From NCBI GenBank assembly GCA_951406725.2, contig OX597819.1, positions 88,226,001 to 88,290,000 on the forward strand: a stretch of DNA of 64,000 bases. Reading direction: 5' to 3'. The stretch's first letter is position 1, and every line of letters begins with the position of its first letter. Source of the stretch: Octopus vulgaris (Eukaryota). Made by a program: the position numbers and the translations under genes. The notes under the pieces are model-generated. The model worked only from the letters and a program-made list of their open reading frames with translations. It ran no database searches and was not told the DNA's origin. Of this stretch, positions 52,287 to 64,000 are shown one piece after another.

Positions 52287-52451
52287 GTAAAGCGAGAGCA
52301 AACAGATTCATTTGCTGACTCCACGAGAATTTTCCAAACGGACGACCAGTTTAAAGGCGACTGCTAGTAGGCTGAGGACGCATTGATACATTGCTTAATT
52401 TGCTTATCGTTTTATGTTCGACAACGTACAATTTCTACCCAGCTTTACATA

Positions 52452-52505
<54 letters not shown>

Positions 52506-52506
52506 C

Positions 52507-52552
<46 letters not shown>

Positions 52553-52559
52553 TAATAAA

Positions 52560-53116
52560 ATGCCCCGATGCAGTACCAGGCAGTGGCTCTCATGGCTTCT
52601 GATCTTAACTGATTGGAAGTGTTATCACGTACATTGTTTTGTCTTGGTATAAAAGATGGGCTACAGCAAATATTCTGCTCAATACCACAGATTTGCTTGT
52701 CAGTTGTTTGACCTTAACCAGTTGAGCATGTCCCTTAGTGGCTGACGATATGTGCATCTCTGATCACGAGCAGAAGTAGTGGGGGAGCATCATAGCCATG
52801 TGTTGAGAGGGATTCTTTGGGGGTTTGAATAATTCACCTCTGGAAACATGGGTGGCTCTTTTAACATCCTTAAACAATCCTTATTCAGGGACCTTTTGAG
52901 CGGGATGGGCTACTCAACCTGAAGAAAATTCTAACTGGGCCCCACCTGCAAGGTCATGTGCTGTTTATCTTGATATGAGATCACCATGTCGCGCACATAT
53001 GGTTATGATGCATGTGCCTGGTGTACCCTTATCAGACGGGTAGTCATGATGGGTATATTGGGCTTCGTATATTTTACCCCAGTGTCACTTTGATGGCATG
53101 AACTGCTCTCTCACTC
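52560..53116 (+). mobile_element. TAA-microsatellite-associated interspersed repeat, full-length copy
   Basis: 557 bp between two (AAT)n tracts; two more copies at 880-1304 and 1682-2206; no ORF, no TIR, no evident tRNA head. Confidence 0.9.
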
Positions 53117-53151
<35 letters not shown>

Positions 53152-53167
53152 TACTAATAATAATAAT

Positions 53168-53760
53168 TCTTACTACTAAAGGCACAAAGCCTGGAATTTT
53201 CGGAGAAGAGACTAGCCGATGACATCGAACCCCAGTATTTCACTGGTACTTAATTTATCGAACCCAAAAGAATGAAAGGCAAAGTTGACCTCGGCTGTAT
53301 TTAAACTCAGATCGTAAAGGCGGACGAAATACCGCTGAGCATTTCGCCCGGCGTGCTAACGATTCTTTTCTACTCTAGGCACAAGGCCCGAATTTTTTGG
53401 AAAGTGGGGTGGGCAGTCGATTAGCTCGACCCCAGTACGCAACTGGTACTTAATTTATCGACCTCGAAAGGATGAATGGCAAAGTCGACCTCGACGGAAT
53501 TTGAACTCAGAACATAAAGACAGACGAAATACCGCTAAGCATTTCGCCCAGCGTGCTAACGATTCTGCTAGCTCGCAGCCTGGCTTTCAAATTTTGGCAC
53601 AAGGCCAGCAATTCTGGTGAGGGCTATATTAATTTCAACGACCACAGTACTCAACTGGTACTTATTTTATCGACCCAGAAAGTATGAAAGGCAAAGTCGA
53701 TGTTGGCGGAATTTGAACTCAGAACATAAAAATACTACTAAGTATTTTGTCCGACGCTCA
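53168..53760 (-). mobile_element. Three tandem SINE-A copies
   Basis: Central domain repeated three times on the minus strand. Confidence 0.87.
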
Positions 53761-53969
53761 AATAAATTCTATCAAAATAATATCAGAAATAATGCCTCAA
53801 GTATAACAAAAATACTTCTTTGTTGAAACCATTTTAGCTGAGTCGCAATATATATGACAAAATATTTGTGAATGGAACTCAAAAGTAGACACACGCAGTA
53901 TGTATGTATGTATGTATGTATGTATGTATGTATGTATGTATGTATGTATGTATGTGTGTATGTATGTGT

Positions 53970-54195
53970 GTTTGTGCGTCTGTGTTTGTTCCCTCCACCA
54001 TCACTTGACAACCGATGCTGGTGTGGTTACGTCCCCGTAACTTAGCGGTTCGGCAACTTAGCGGTTCAAAAATGACTGATAGAATAAGTGCTATGCTTAC
54101 AAAGAATAAGTCCTGGGGCCGATTTGCTCGACTAAAGGCGGTGCTCCAGCATGGCCGCAGTTAAATGACTGAAACAAGTAAAAGAGTAAAAGAGT
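53970..54195 (+). mobile_element. SINE-B 3' half
   Basis: CTTGACAACCGATGCTGGTG...GACTGAAACAAGTAAAAGAG. Confidence 0.88.
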
Positions 54196-54599
54196 ATGTA
54201 TGTATGTATCGTATATGTATAATGCATATATTTATGTATGCATGTATATATCATGTATGTATGTACGTACGTGTATGCACGTATATATGAGTGTATATAT
54301 CTATATATATAAATATATTTATGTCGATGTGTAGACACACACACACGCGCGCACAAGCACTCATGACGGCCTCCCAAGTTCTATACATAAGGTTTTGGTC
54401 AGCTCGACGCCAAAGGAGAACCACCGTTAGGTGTGTACCGCACGGTGGGACCATACCTGGGACCACATAGCTGCCAGTCAAATTTATTAATTATATATAA
54501 GTACTCATACAACCTTTATATTCATACTCACACGTATACAATTATTGTTTCCCTAAATATACTTGTACACGTCTATTTTAAGATATACATTTTAATTTG

Positions 54600-55660
54600 A
54601 TTTTCAGGCACTGAAAAAGAAGTTTCGCTTTTCATATGCAGTTTTGGCACTGTCATATGTGTGAGACTGCCATGAGAGATCATGAGAGATTGTGAGGCTT
54701 GGTATTTTTAGTAATTTCAAGGGCTTTGTGTAAGGAGTTACGGTGCAGAATTGTTTCCTTTATTTATGTAACAATTTTGTCTTTTGTAATATTCAGTGAG
54801 ACTACTAAGTTTTCGTTGCCTACCCCATTGGATGATGTTCACCTCTATTCACGCAAGGATTCGCGTGAGATGTGTTAGTTGTATGTGGATGGTGCTTATG
54901 TGTGGAGGATTCAAGAGTAATAATAAATGGTGGTTACATTTGTAAAACTGTTTGACTAATAAAAGAAATTATGTTATACAAAACAAGATCAGTGTGAAGG
55001 ATAAAACTTAACGTGAGGTGCATCAAAGTTTATATAATGTGAATCGGAGAGAATTTCCTTACAGACTGCTGTAACGGTGCGATCTGAGAGGAAGTTGTAA
55101 TACTACATGGTTTGTAAGGAAGATGAGGCAATCACCAGGCGACCTAATGGGATGGGGAGGAAATAATGTGCTTTCAGGATAGAGGTTGGGTATGAAAATG
55201 AGAAAGCGAGTCTGTGTATGTTCAGAGATAAGGGTAGGTGAGAATACTAAATCTTGCAAGCTGTTTCAAAATGGTGGTTGAATCAGCTTCTGTACCAGGT
55301 TTGGGTGCAGAATGAATGCGAGAATCAAAAGGAGTTGTGTGCAATCAAAGTTTCACAGAAAGATTACTTGAAACCTGCGGAAATCGATCAAGTAGGTGGG
55401 GGGACTCGATGAGCGGTAGAGATAAGTTACTAGTCAAAGCAATAGAGAGACATTGGGCGTTAAGTGATAAGAGGAATGAATGTCTTTCACATGACTGTTG
55501 GCCAGAATATTTGTTGCATATTCTTCTGGTCAGCAAAGCTAAGTTTAAGTAAATGGCGAAAGATTTGGGTCTCAAAGAGAAGAAATAAAGCTGTGCATAT
55601 TAAAATCCTTCAACACCACCAAATAATTACCACCTTCAATGCCGCAGTCTGCTGCTAAAA
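54600..55660 (-). pseudogene. Highly decayed, internally deleted CR1-group LINE (APE endonuclease plus RT fragments)
   Basis: Manual translations TYLYRSSS, VIFL*NF and QDLVFSPTLI (APE-like), followed by YNFLSDRTVTAVCKEILSDSHYIN and IIQWG (RT-like), with many stops and frameshifts. Confidence 0.62.
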
Positions 55661-55698
55661 TATCCCTTGAACGTAATTTTCGGTACACTAAGTCTTAA

Positions 55699-55761
<63 letters not shown>

Positions 55762-56065
55762 GACTATATGAGGGTCATGGATAAAACAGTTTTGATTATA
55801 TATATCCGTGTGCGCAGTCTCAGGGGTGACATAGGGTTAAGCAAAACAAAAAAAACCCCCAAAAAACTCAATAACAATCACAAACAATAAACAATAATAA
55901 CTGTTATATCCTGTTACTACGGGCTAGCCTTAGTAAACAACAAACGTCACTAGTTTTTACAACAAAAGGTATAACTGATGTCGCTTACAAATTGAAAAAA
56001 AAATAATCTATATATGTATGTAACAGTATAATATATCAATTTACAAATTTTATACTATTATTATA

Positions 56066-57377
<1,312 letters not shown>

Positions 57378-57978
57378 AATGATTTTTACTGATTAAAACA
57401 GTCATATTTTCGAGCGGAGATCAGACGGCTTTCATGCTTTCCCAGTGACATATTAACACGTTCATGAAATATATTTATATCAAGCCTGAATCAAAGTCAG
57501 GCCACGATCTCGACTTACATAAAGCTAATCACGAGGCAGACATCACCACTCTCAACTTACTTTATAACACGTGATAGTACCTTTCCGTCATAATTGAATT
57601 TACTCGTCATCCTTCCCATCTACATTAAATAAACTATCCGCTAAGTTTCACAGTTTACTGAGATTATTCCGGATATGCTGTATTTTTCACAATCTTATAG
57701 AAGTTGTTGAAGTTGTTCTCCGAGACTGAATCCCTCGGCGGAATGAAACGATTAGGCGCGAACGACGTCGGATCGCTGACGACTTGGCACAACAGCCGGG
57801 ACATTTAACGTGTTTTGGTACTGGAGGAAAAGAGGCGTGCGCGCAAAAAATATACGCATTCAGATAGAGAGAGGTAAGAAGAGATAGGGGGAGGGAGGAA
57901 GAGGGAGGGAAAGAAGAGAGAGGAAGAGAGAGGGTGACAGATACTACATACAAACATAACTAGCTTCTCCCACACATA

Positions 57979-58127
57979 GGTGCAGGAGTGGCCGTGTGGT
58001 AAGTAGCTTGCTTCAGTCCCACTGCGTGGTACCTTGGGCAAGTGTTTTCTTCTATAGCCTCGGGCCGACCAAAGCCTTGTGAGTGGATTTGGTAGACGGA
58101 AACTGAAAGAAGCCCGCCATATATATG

Positions 58128-58166
<39 letters not shown>

Positions 58167-58368
58167 TTGTGTGTCTGTGTTTGTCCCTTCAACATCACTG
58201 GTGTGTTTACGCCCCCGTAACTTAGCGGTTCGGCAAAAGAGACCGATAGAATAAGTACTAGGCTTACAAAGAATAAGTTCTGGGGTCAATTTGCTTGACT
58301 AACAGCGTGCTCCAGCATGGCCACAGTCAAATGACTGAAACAAGTAAAAGAGTAAAAGAGTAAAGAGT
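57979..58368 (+). mobile_element. SINE family B copy (two small deletions)
   Basis: Near-consensus. Confidence 0.9.
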
Positions 58369-58494
58369 ATAAATAAAGCGAGAGAGAGAGAGATAAAGCG
58401 AGTCAGACAGACGGGCAGGAAGTGTGTGTGTTGTGTGTGAGAAAAGATAGTGAGAGAGAAAGAAAGAGAGGAGAAGAGAGAGGAAGTGAACGAG

Positions 58495-58672
58495 AGAAAT
58501 TTTTGGGGAGGTGGGGGCCAGTCGATTAGATCAATCCAGTACGCGACTGGTACTTAATTTATCGACCCCGAAAGGATGAAAGGCAAAGTCGACCTCGGCG
58601 GAATTTGAACTCAGAACGGAGCAACGGGCGAAATACCGCTGAGTATTTCGTCAGCGTGCTAACAATTCTGCC
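58495..58672 (-). mobile_element. SINE family A copy
   Basis: Near-consensus reverse-complement copy. Confidence 0.88.
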
Positions 58673-58855
58673 AAGAACGAGAGAAATATTAAAACAAGAA
58701 AGATATAGAAAAGCCTGGTGTCAAATAAGTCAACGCCGATTCAGCAATGTCAAGTAGGCGCAGGTCGCAGACGAATGACTGAAAGAAAGAAAAAAAGATA
58801 TCATCAAGTATAATAGAGACTTAAGTGAATGCGAAAAGTGGTCTTCATTGATATA

Positions 58856-59391
58856 CAGGGTGTCCCAAAAAAATGTATACACTTGCTGCAACAGTCTGTC
58901 ATGCCAAGCATTAGAGAGGACTTTGAACAGGAAGAGTTTTATTTCCAGCAAGATGGGGCACCTCCACACTACCATCGCGATGTTAGATCCTTTCTTGATG
59001 GGATCTTGCCAAACAGGTGGATTGGACGGAGAGGTTTTGTCGAATACCCTCCACGTTCACCAGACCTCACACCACTAGACTTCTTTTTATGGGGATACCT
59101 AAAGGACAAAGTCTACGCACAGAAACCTGCAACAGTCGTTCAATTGAGGGCAACTATTGAACATGAATGTACGAATATCCCAAGGGAATTGTTCCATGAT
59201 GTGTGCCATTCCATCGCTTCGCGTTGTCAGCAGTGTCTGGAGCAGAACGGACATCAGTTTGAGAACATGCGATAACAAGACAATAGAATGATATTTGTAA
59301 ATTCTTTTACATGTTGAAAATTATTCGAATTATAATAAACCCCAAATTTACAATTATTTAAGGTGTGTATACATTTTTTTGGGACACCCTG
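58856..59391 (+). mobile_element. Internally deleted Tc1/mariner transposon of the DD41D (rosa/Visitor-type) group
   Basis: Perfect 27-bp TIRs CAGGGTGTCCCAAAAAAATGTATACAC (58856-58882 and 59365-59391), TA on both sides; transposase C-terminus inside. Confidence 0.95.
58883..59275 (+). pseudogene. Transposase catalytic-domain C-terminal fragment (open frame, first catalytic D missing)
   Basis: FQQDGAPPHY...RWIGRRG...YPPRSPDLTPLDFFLWGYLKDKVY; 41 residues counted between the QDG Asp and the final PLD Asp. Confidence 0.93.
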
Positions 59392-59394
59392 TAT

Positions 59395-59953
59395 GTATAC
59401 GGGCAAAACGCCCCCGTCCAATGGACGGTGCTGAATCATATATGCTGAACAAAAAGCAATCAGTGTTTCTTTTCATTAAAAAATAATTAAGCATGCCTTC
59501 ATTTCAATAAAATTTTTGGTTTTGTTAAACGAAGTTAAGGCAAAAAAAAAAAAAAAAATTCTTGAGAAACGAAATAGTCTTTCCTTCCTTCATGCCAAGT
59601 TTGAAGAAAATATCTTTTTTGCATCTTACTTTTTTTGTCTCTTAAATATACTGCATTTTGTGGCATTATTTCAAGTCAGCCGGCTTTTTTTGCGCAAACT
59701 GCACGTGCATTTTTCTCGCGTACGTGTAGCATCGATTCTAACAGCTGATGTACTTGCACGTACAAATGCACGTTCCCACGGCTTTATCGATTGCATTCTC
59801 ACCTGGAATCGATTTTTGTAATTTTTTCAAGACTTATACACGCCCTGATACCGTCGGTATCTGCATATCAAATTTGAGCGCAATCGGATGGAGGATGCCC
59901 GAGATCCTAGAAGACACACACACAGACAGACAGAACGGATTTTATATAATAGA
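59395..59953 (-). mobile_element. Helitron-like non-autonomous element, copy 2
   Basis: Reverse complement of 40537-40710 at 59780-59953; shared hairpin CCGTCCA-A-TGGACGG at 59414-59428; middle differs from copy 1. Confidence 0.6.
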
Positions 59954-60102
59954 TTACATAATGAACTATTGCACTCAAAGTCATGTATATTCAAATGTTT
60001 ACCTATCGTGAATAATACAGAATAGTGTCTTTTGTTATTCAGCATTTCAGTTTTTAAACAGAGACAGTCCGTTAAATAAATAGAGCTGAAATGTTCCCTA
60101 TA

Positions 60103-60481
60103 GGCGCAGGAGTGGCTGTGTGGTAAGTAGCTTGCTAACCAACCACACGGTTGCGGGTTCAGTCCCACTGCGTGGCATCTTGGGCAAGTGTCTTCTGCTA
60201 TAGCCCCGGGCCGACCAATGCCTTGTGAGTGGATTTGGTAGACGGAAAATGAAAGAAGCCTGTCGTATATATGTATATATATGTATATGTGTGTGTGTTT
60301 GTGTGTCTGTGTTTGTCCCCCTAGCATTGCTTGACAACCGATGCTGGTGTGTTTGCGTCCCCGTCACTTAGCGGTTCGGCAAAAAGAGACCGATAGAATA
60401 AGTACTAAAAGGTGGTGCTCCAGCATGGCCGCAGTCAAATGACTGAAACAAGAAAAAGAGTAAAAAGAGAGTAAAAAGAGT
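60103..60481 (+). mobile_element. SINE family B full-length copy
   Basis: GGCGCAGGAGTGGCTGTGTGGTAAG head through the (GTAAAAAGA)n tail. Confidence 0.93.
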
Positions 60482-60528
60482 ACTCATCATTGAAAGAATA
60501 ATAGTGAACTAGTATTATTCCTCTACAT

Positions 60529-60886
60529 CAGTGGTTCTCAACTGGGTTCCATATATGTCTCCTGAAGGTCCATATAAGATTTTTGGGGATCCACGCAATA
60601 AAACAGTAAATTGAGGATCCACAATATTATTTTAAGGAGCCCTGGTAAACTTTTGCTTTAGATGTATTGCAAAAACAAAAACAAAAACAAAAAAAAAACA
60701 GCTAGGCTTCTCTCTCTAGTTCAACCTACACAAGTTAACGTGTGAAAAACAAAATAGAAATTTGGAAAGAAGTATCTGTGAAACTAGTTTTTAAACATCA
60801 AATGACTCTGGGGGCTCCACCTGAATAAGATAGTAATCAAGGGGTCCTAGATAAAAAAAAAAAAAAATAGTGGCTGAGAATCCCTA
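60529..60886. mobile_element. hAT (Charlie-type) MITE
   Basis: Left end CAGTGGTTCTCAAC, right end GCTGAGAATCCCTA; exact 8-bp TSD CTCTACAT at 60521-60528 and 60887-60894. Confidence 0.9.
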
Positions 60887-61428
60887 CTCTACATTCTAAG
60901 TTCGAATGAAGCCAAGGTTAACTTTACTTTTTATCCTCCTCGGGTCCATAAGTTAAAGTACTAATCAAGGACTGTGAGTTGATTTAATCAAAAGCATCCT
61001 TCTTCCAAAATATATAGCTTTCTCCTTATGTCAGTAATCAATATTAATATAATACTTTTTCACGCCTTTTTGTTATTCCCTCTATATTTCTCTCATTTTC
61101 TACGTCTAACTTCACACACAAGCTCCTCTCTTCCGTTTATTGTTGTTATGGTGGCAGCTTGCCGCCCACTCAGTTTTTTTTTCGAAACTTATTTTTGATT
61201 CGTGTATCCTGAGATAAGATGTCTTTCTAATCCGCTTAAACACTCTCAGGCCATGGAAAAAATAAGTACCAACCTTTCTTTTATGAGACGTTATTGCTCG
61301 AGGAAGAGATAGCTTAGTAAAGTGCTTTCTAATCTTCCCATATATTATAAATATCACTGCATAATGTAAGTGCGTGTATATACATACATGAATGCATACA
61401 TATATAATACATACATGCAAACACACAC

Positions 61429-61461
<33 letters not shown>

Positions 61462-61472
61462 TATACATATAC

Positions 61473-61528
<56 letters not shown>

Positions 61529-61547
61529 GTAATTAAGAATTTAAATG

Positions 61548-61589
<42 letters not shown>

Positions 61590-61723
61590 GTATATGTGTT
61601 TGCACATATATGCACATATGTATGAATATATTTATAAGTATATGCATACATGCATGTATTGATGAATGTATATGTGTATGTACGTATGTATGTGTGTGTG
61701 TACGTTTACACACGCACATATAT

Positions 61724-61795
<72 letters not shown>

Positions 61796-61915
61796 TGTAT
61801 ATATGCTTGTATGTGTACACACGTTTGTGTGCATGCAAATGCATATATGCATAATGATGTGTGTATGTGTGCGTATGTGTACAGGTGTGCGTATGTATGT
61901 ATGTATGTACGGGAC

Positions 61916-61956
61916 CTCCGACGGTTTCGTTGATGAATATTCAGCTCTTCAAGGAA
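61916..61956 (-). ncRNA. Minimal type I hammerhead-like motif (slightly degenerate)
   Basis: Minus strand TTCC-TTGAAGA-GCTGA(ATATTCA)TCAAC-GAAA-CCG-TC-GGAG: 4-bp stem I, UUGAAGA box, stem II 4/5 bp, vestigial stem III, GUC site; abuts (TACA)n. Confidence 0.55.
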
Positions 61957-62312
61957 ATAAAATATAAAACTGATTGAATTTTCCACAAATATATAAACCC
62001 TTCTTAGCATAAGCCTCAGGCAAAATAACCATCACAGTGTGTGAGAAGGCCGGTTGGCCCATTTGAAATACAGCTAGCGTCCTTATGACAGACTTTCGCA
62101 CAATACTGTGCGAAAATAAATCATATCATTCACGTGGCTTAAATCGACACTAGTTGTTACGTAGATTTTTTTTCTAAATCATGGAATCTCTGGTTTAAGT
62201 CCACTGTAGGGTATCTTTAGGAAATAACTTTACTTATTGTCACTACTAAATTGAAGGTTTATGAATGATACGAAATAGAGGGAAACTGTTTGAAGTGGCT
62301 ACATATAAATAT

Positions 62313-62365
<53 letters not shown>

Positions 62366-63199
62366 GATAAATATCAAAGTGAGTTATATACAGTAGCGGT
62401 AACACATCGTGACGTATATTTGCCATTTCAATATGGCTACCCCTAAGGGTGGATGCTACAGAAAGTGTGTCTATGGCCACATATATATATATAAAGCATA
62501 GATATGTATATATGTTGATGGGTGACTGTGGACTCGCTCGCGACCGAGGAAGATCATCACTCACCATTACCCAAGCAAAATGCCAGCAATGCCTATGCTT
62601 GAGGTTCACCCGGTGTTCGCTCCCGCGGTTTCCATGCTCACCGCGGTGCCCACCTACTCGATCGGGCACTGGAAAGTTGCTTTATCGGCGATGGCAAAAC
62701 CTTAAATTTTACGCCCAATAAGGCTTGCACAACACCTTACAGGTACTCTCCACGGTGATGATATAATCCAGAGACAAGCTAGAGCAATATATCCAGTGCC
62801 AATATGGGTCATAGTCTCAGGAATGTATATTACATGATCTCAGGCACAAGCGAAAGATCCTCAAAATGTCCAATGCCTTTACCTGCCTATCAGGTTTTGC
62901 ATGGGAGTGACCTCCTAGAGACATGCTTTAACAAAAGCCGAGAGGTGACTCACTTGCAGTGATCCTCCAGTACACTGGATACCATCCCAGAATATCTGAA
63001 GATCGGTGCTATGGTGACATAGTCGTTGAACTGACACTAGGTCCATCCGTCTTTTTGAAAGGTCATGTTTTTAGTCCTACTGGTTTGTACGAGTGTCGGG
63101 GCTTCATGTTAACAATAGCACGCATGAGAGAGCTCACCAGCAACCTGACACAATATGTGTGTGTGTGCGTATGCGCGCGCGCGCGCGCGTGTGTGTGTG

Positions 63200-63285
63200 T
63201 GAAAGCACATCTGGGCATGGTAAAATGTCTCCTTACTTGGAAACAGGTGATGGTTGGTGACATGAAGGGCATCCAGCCGTACCTG
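63200..63285 (+). mobile_element. RTE-type 3' tail fragment (SINE or LINE remnant)
   Basis: GGTTGGTGACATGAAGGGCATCCAGCCGTA resembles the RTE-associated tail motif recalled from memory. Confidence 0.45.
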
Positions 63286-63383
63286 TCTGATACATCGGAA
63301 GATGGAAAAGTAGATATTTCATATACATATAAAGATACATTCATGCATACATACATACATACATACATACATACATACATACA

Positions 63384-63419
<36 letters not shown>

Positions 63420-63421
63420 TA

Positions 63422-63466
<45 letters not shown>

Positions 63467-63509
63467 TTGTGTGTGTATGTATATATATATATATATGTAG
63501 ATATATATA

Positions 63510-63560
<51 letters not shown>

Positions 63561-64000
63561 CGTGGACGATAACATTTTCAACCGAGACATTACAACCGAG
63601 TCTCATTGTTCAAGTGCTTTAATTCTGTGCATGTACATATATTCACTCGATTACTGACATTTATCAATGGTTTCTTTCATTGTTTTGATGCGCCATTTTC
63701 TACCATTAATAAATCTGTCAGCATTGCCGACAAGACGTATATGATAATATATATATATATATATGTTTGTGTGTGTACACATTCATACATACTTACATGG
63801 ACATACTTATATATGTATATTATGTATCTGTGCGTATAAACAGACAGATACATATATATGAACACACACATATGTATATATATATATACACACACATATA
63901 TATACATATTTTTCTGTCTGTAGGTCTTTCTTTCTCTCCCTTTCTCTTTTTCCCTTTATCCCCCTCTCTCTCTCCCTCTGTCTCTTCTCTTTCTCTCTAC

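Noticed and set aside
52736-52800. CTGACGA...GAAG inside the TAA-associated element as a possible hammerhead
   Set aside because: GAAA box absent, and stems I and III cannot be formed in the right register.

Overview
This is a 64-kb AT-rich, repeat-saturated eukaryotic region with no intact protein-coding gene. The three tRNA-headed SINE families and the dense (TA)/(CA)/(TACA)/(TCTA)/(TAA)/(TTTC) microsatellites look like an Octopus-type (coleoid cephalopod) genome; this is recognition from memory, not a database result. Nearly all ORFs in the supplied track are microsatellite or SINE read-through artefacts. The real coding remnants all come from transposons: a DD41D Tc1/mariner deletion derivative with perfect TIRs, a Penelope-like GIY-YIG fragment, and R4/Dong-like, HERO-like, RTE and CR1-group LINE fragments plus a LINE ORF1 fragment. 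hAT and Helitron-like non-autonomous elements are also present. One plausible host exon lies at 52000-52286 (+). The most interesting signal is a set of hammerhead-ribozyme (HHR) folds, found by eye, in short non-coding elements embedded in or abutting microsatellites. These comprise a clean minimal type I HHR (45116-45158), an HHR with a 12-nt core insertion inside a direct-repeat-bounded 484-bp unit (46087-46601), a head-to-head mirrored HHR palindrome (34105-34230), another minimal HHR (61916-61956), and two circularly permuted HHR-like motifs (24297-24335, 43031-43074). Boundaries of degenerate repeats are approximate. All folds were worked out by hand and need computational and biochemical confirmation.
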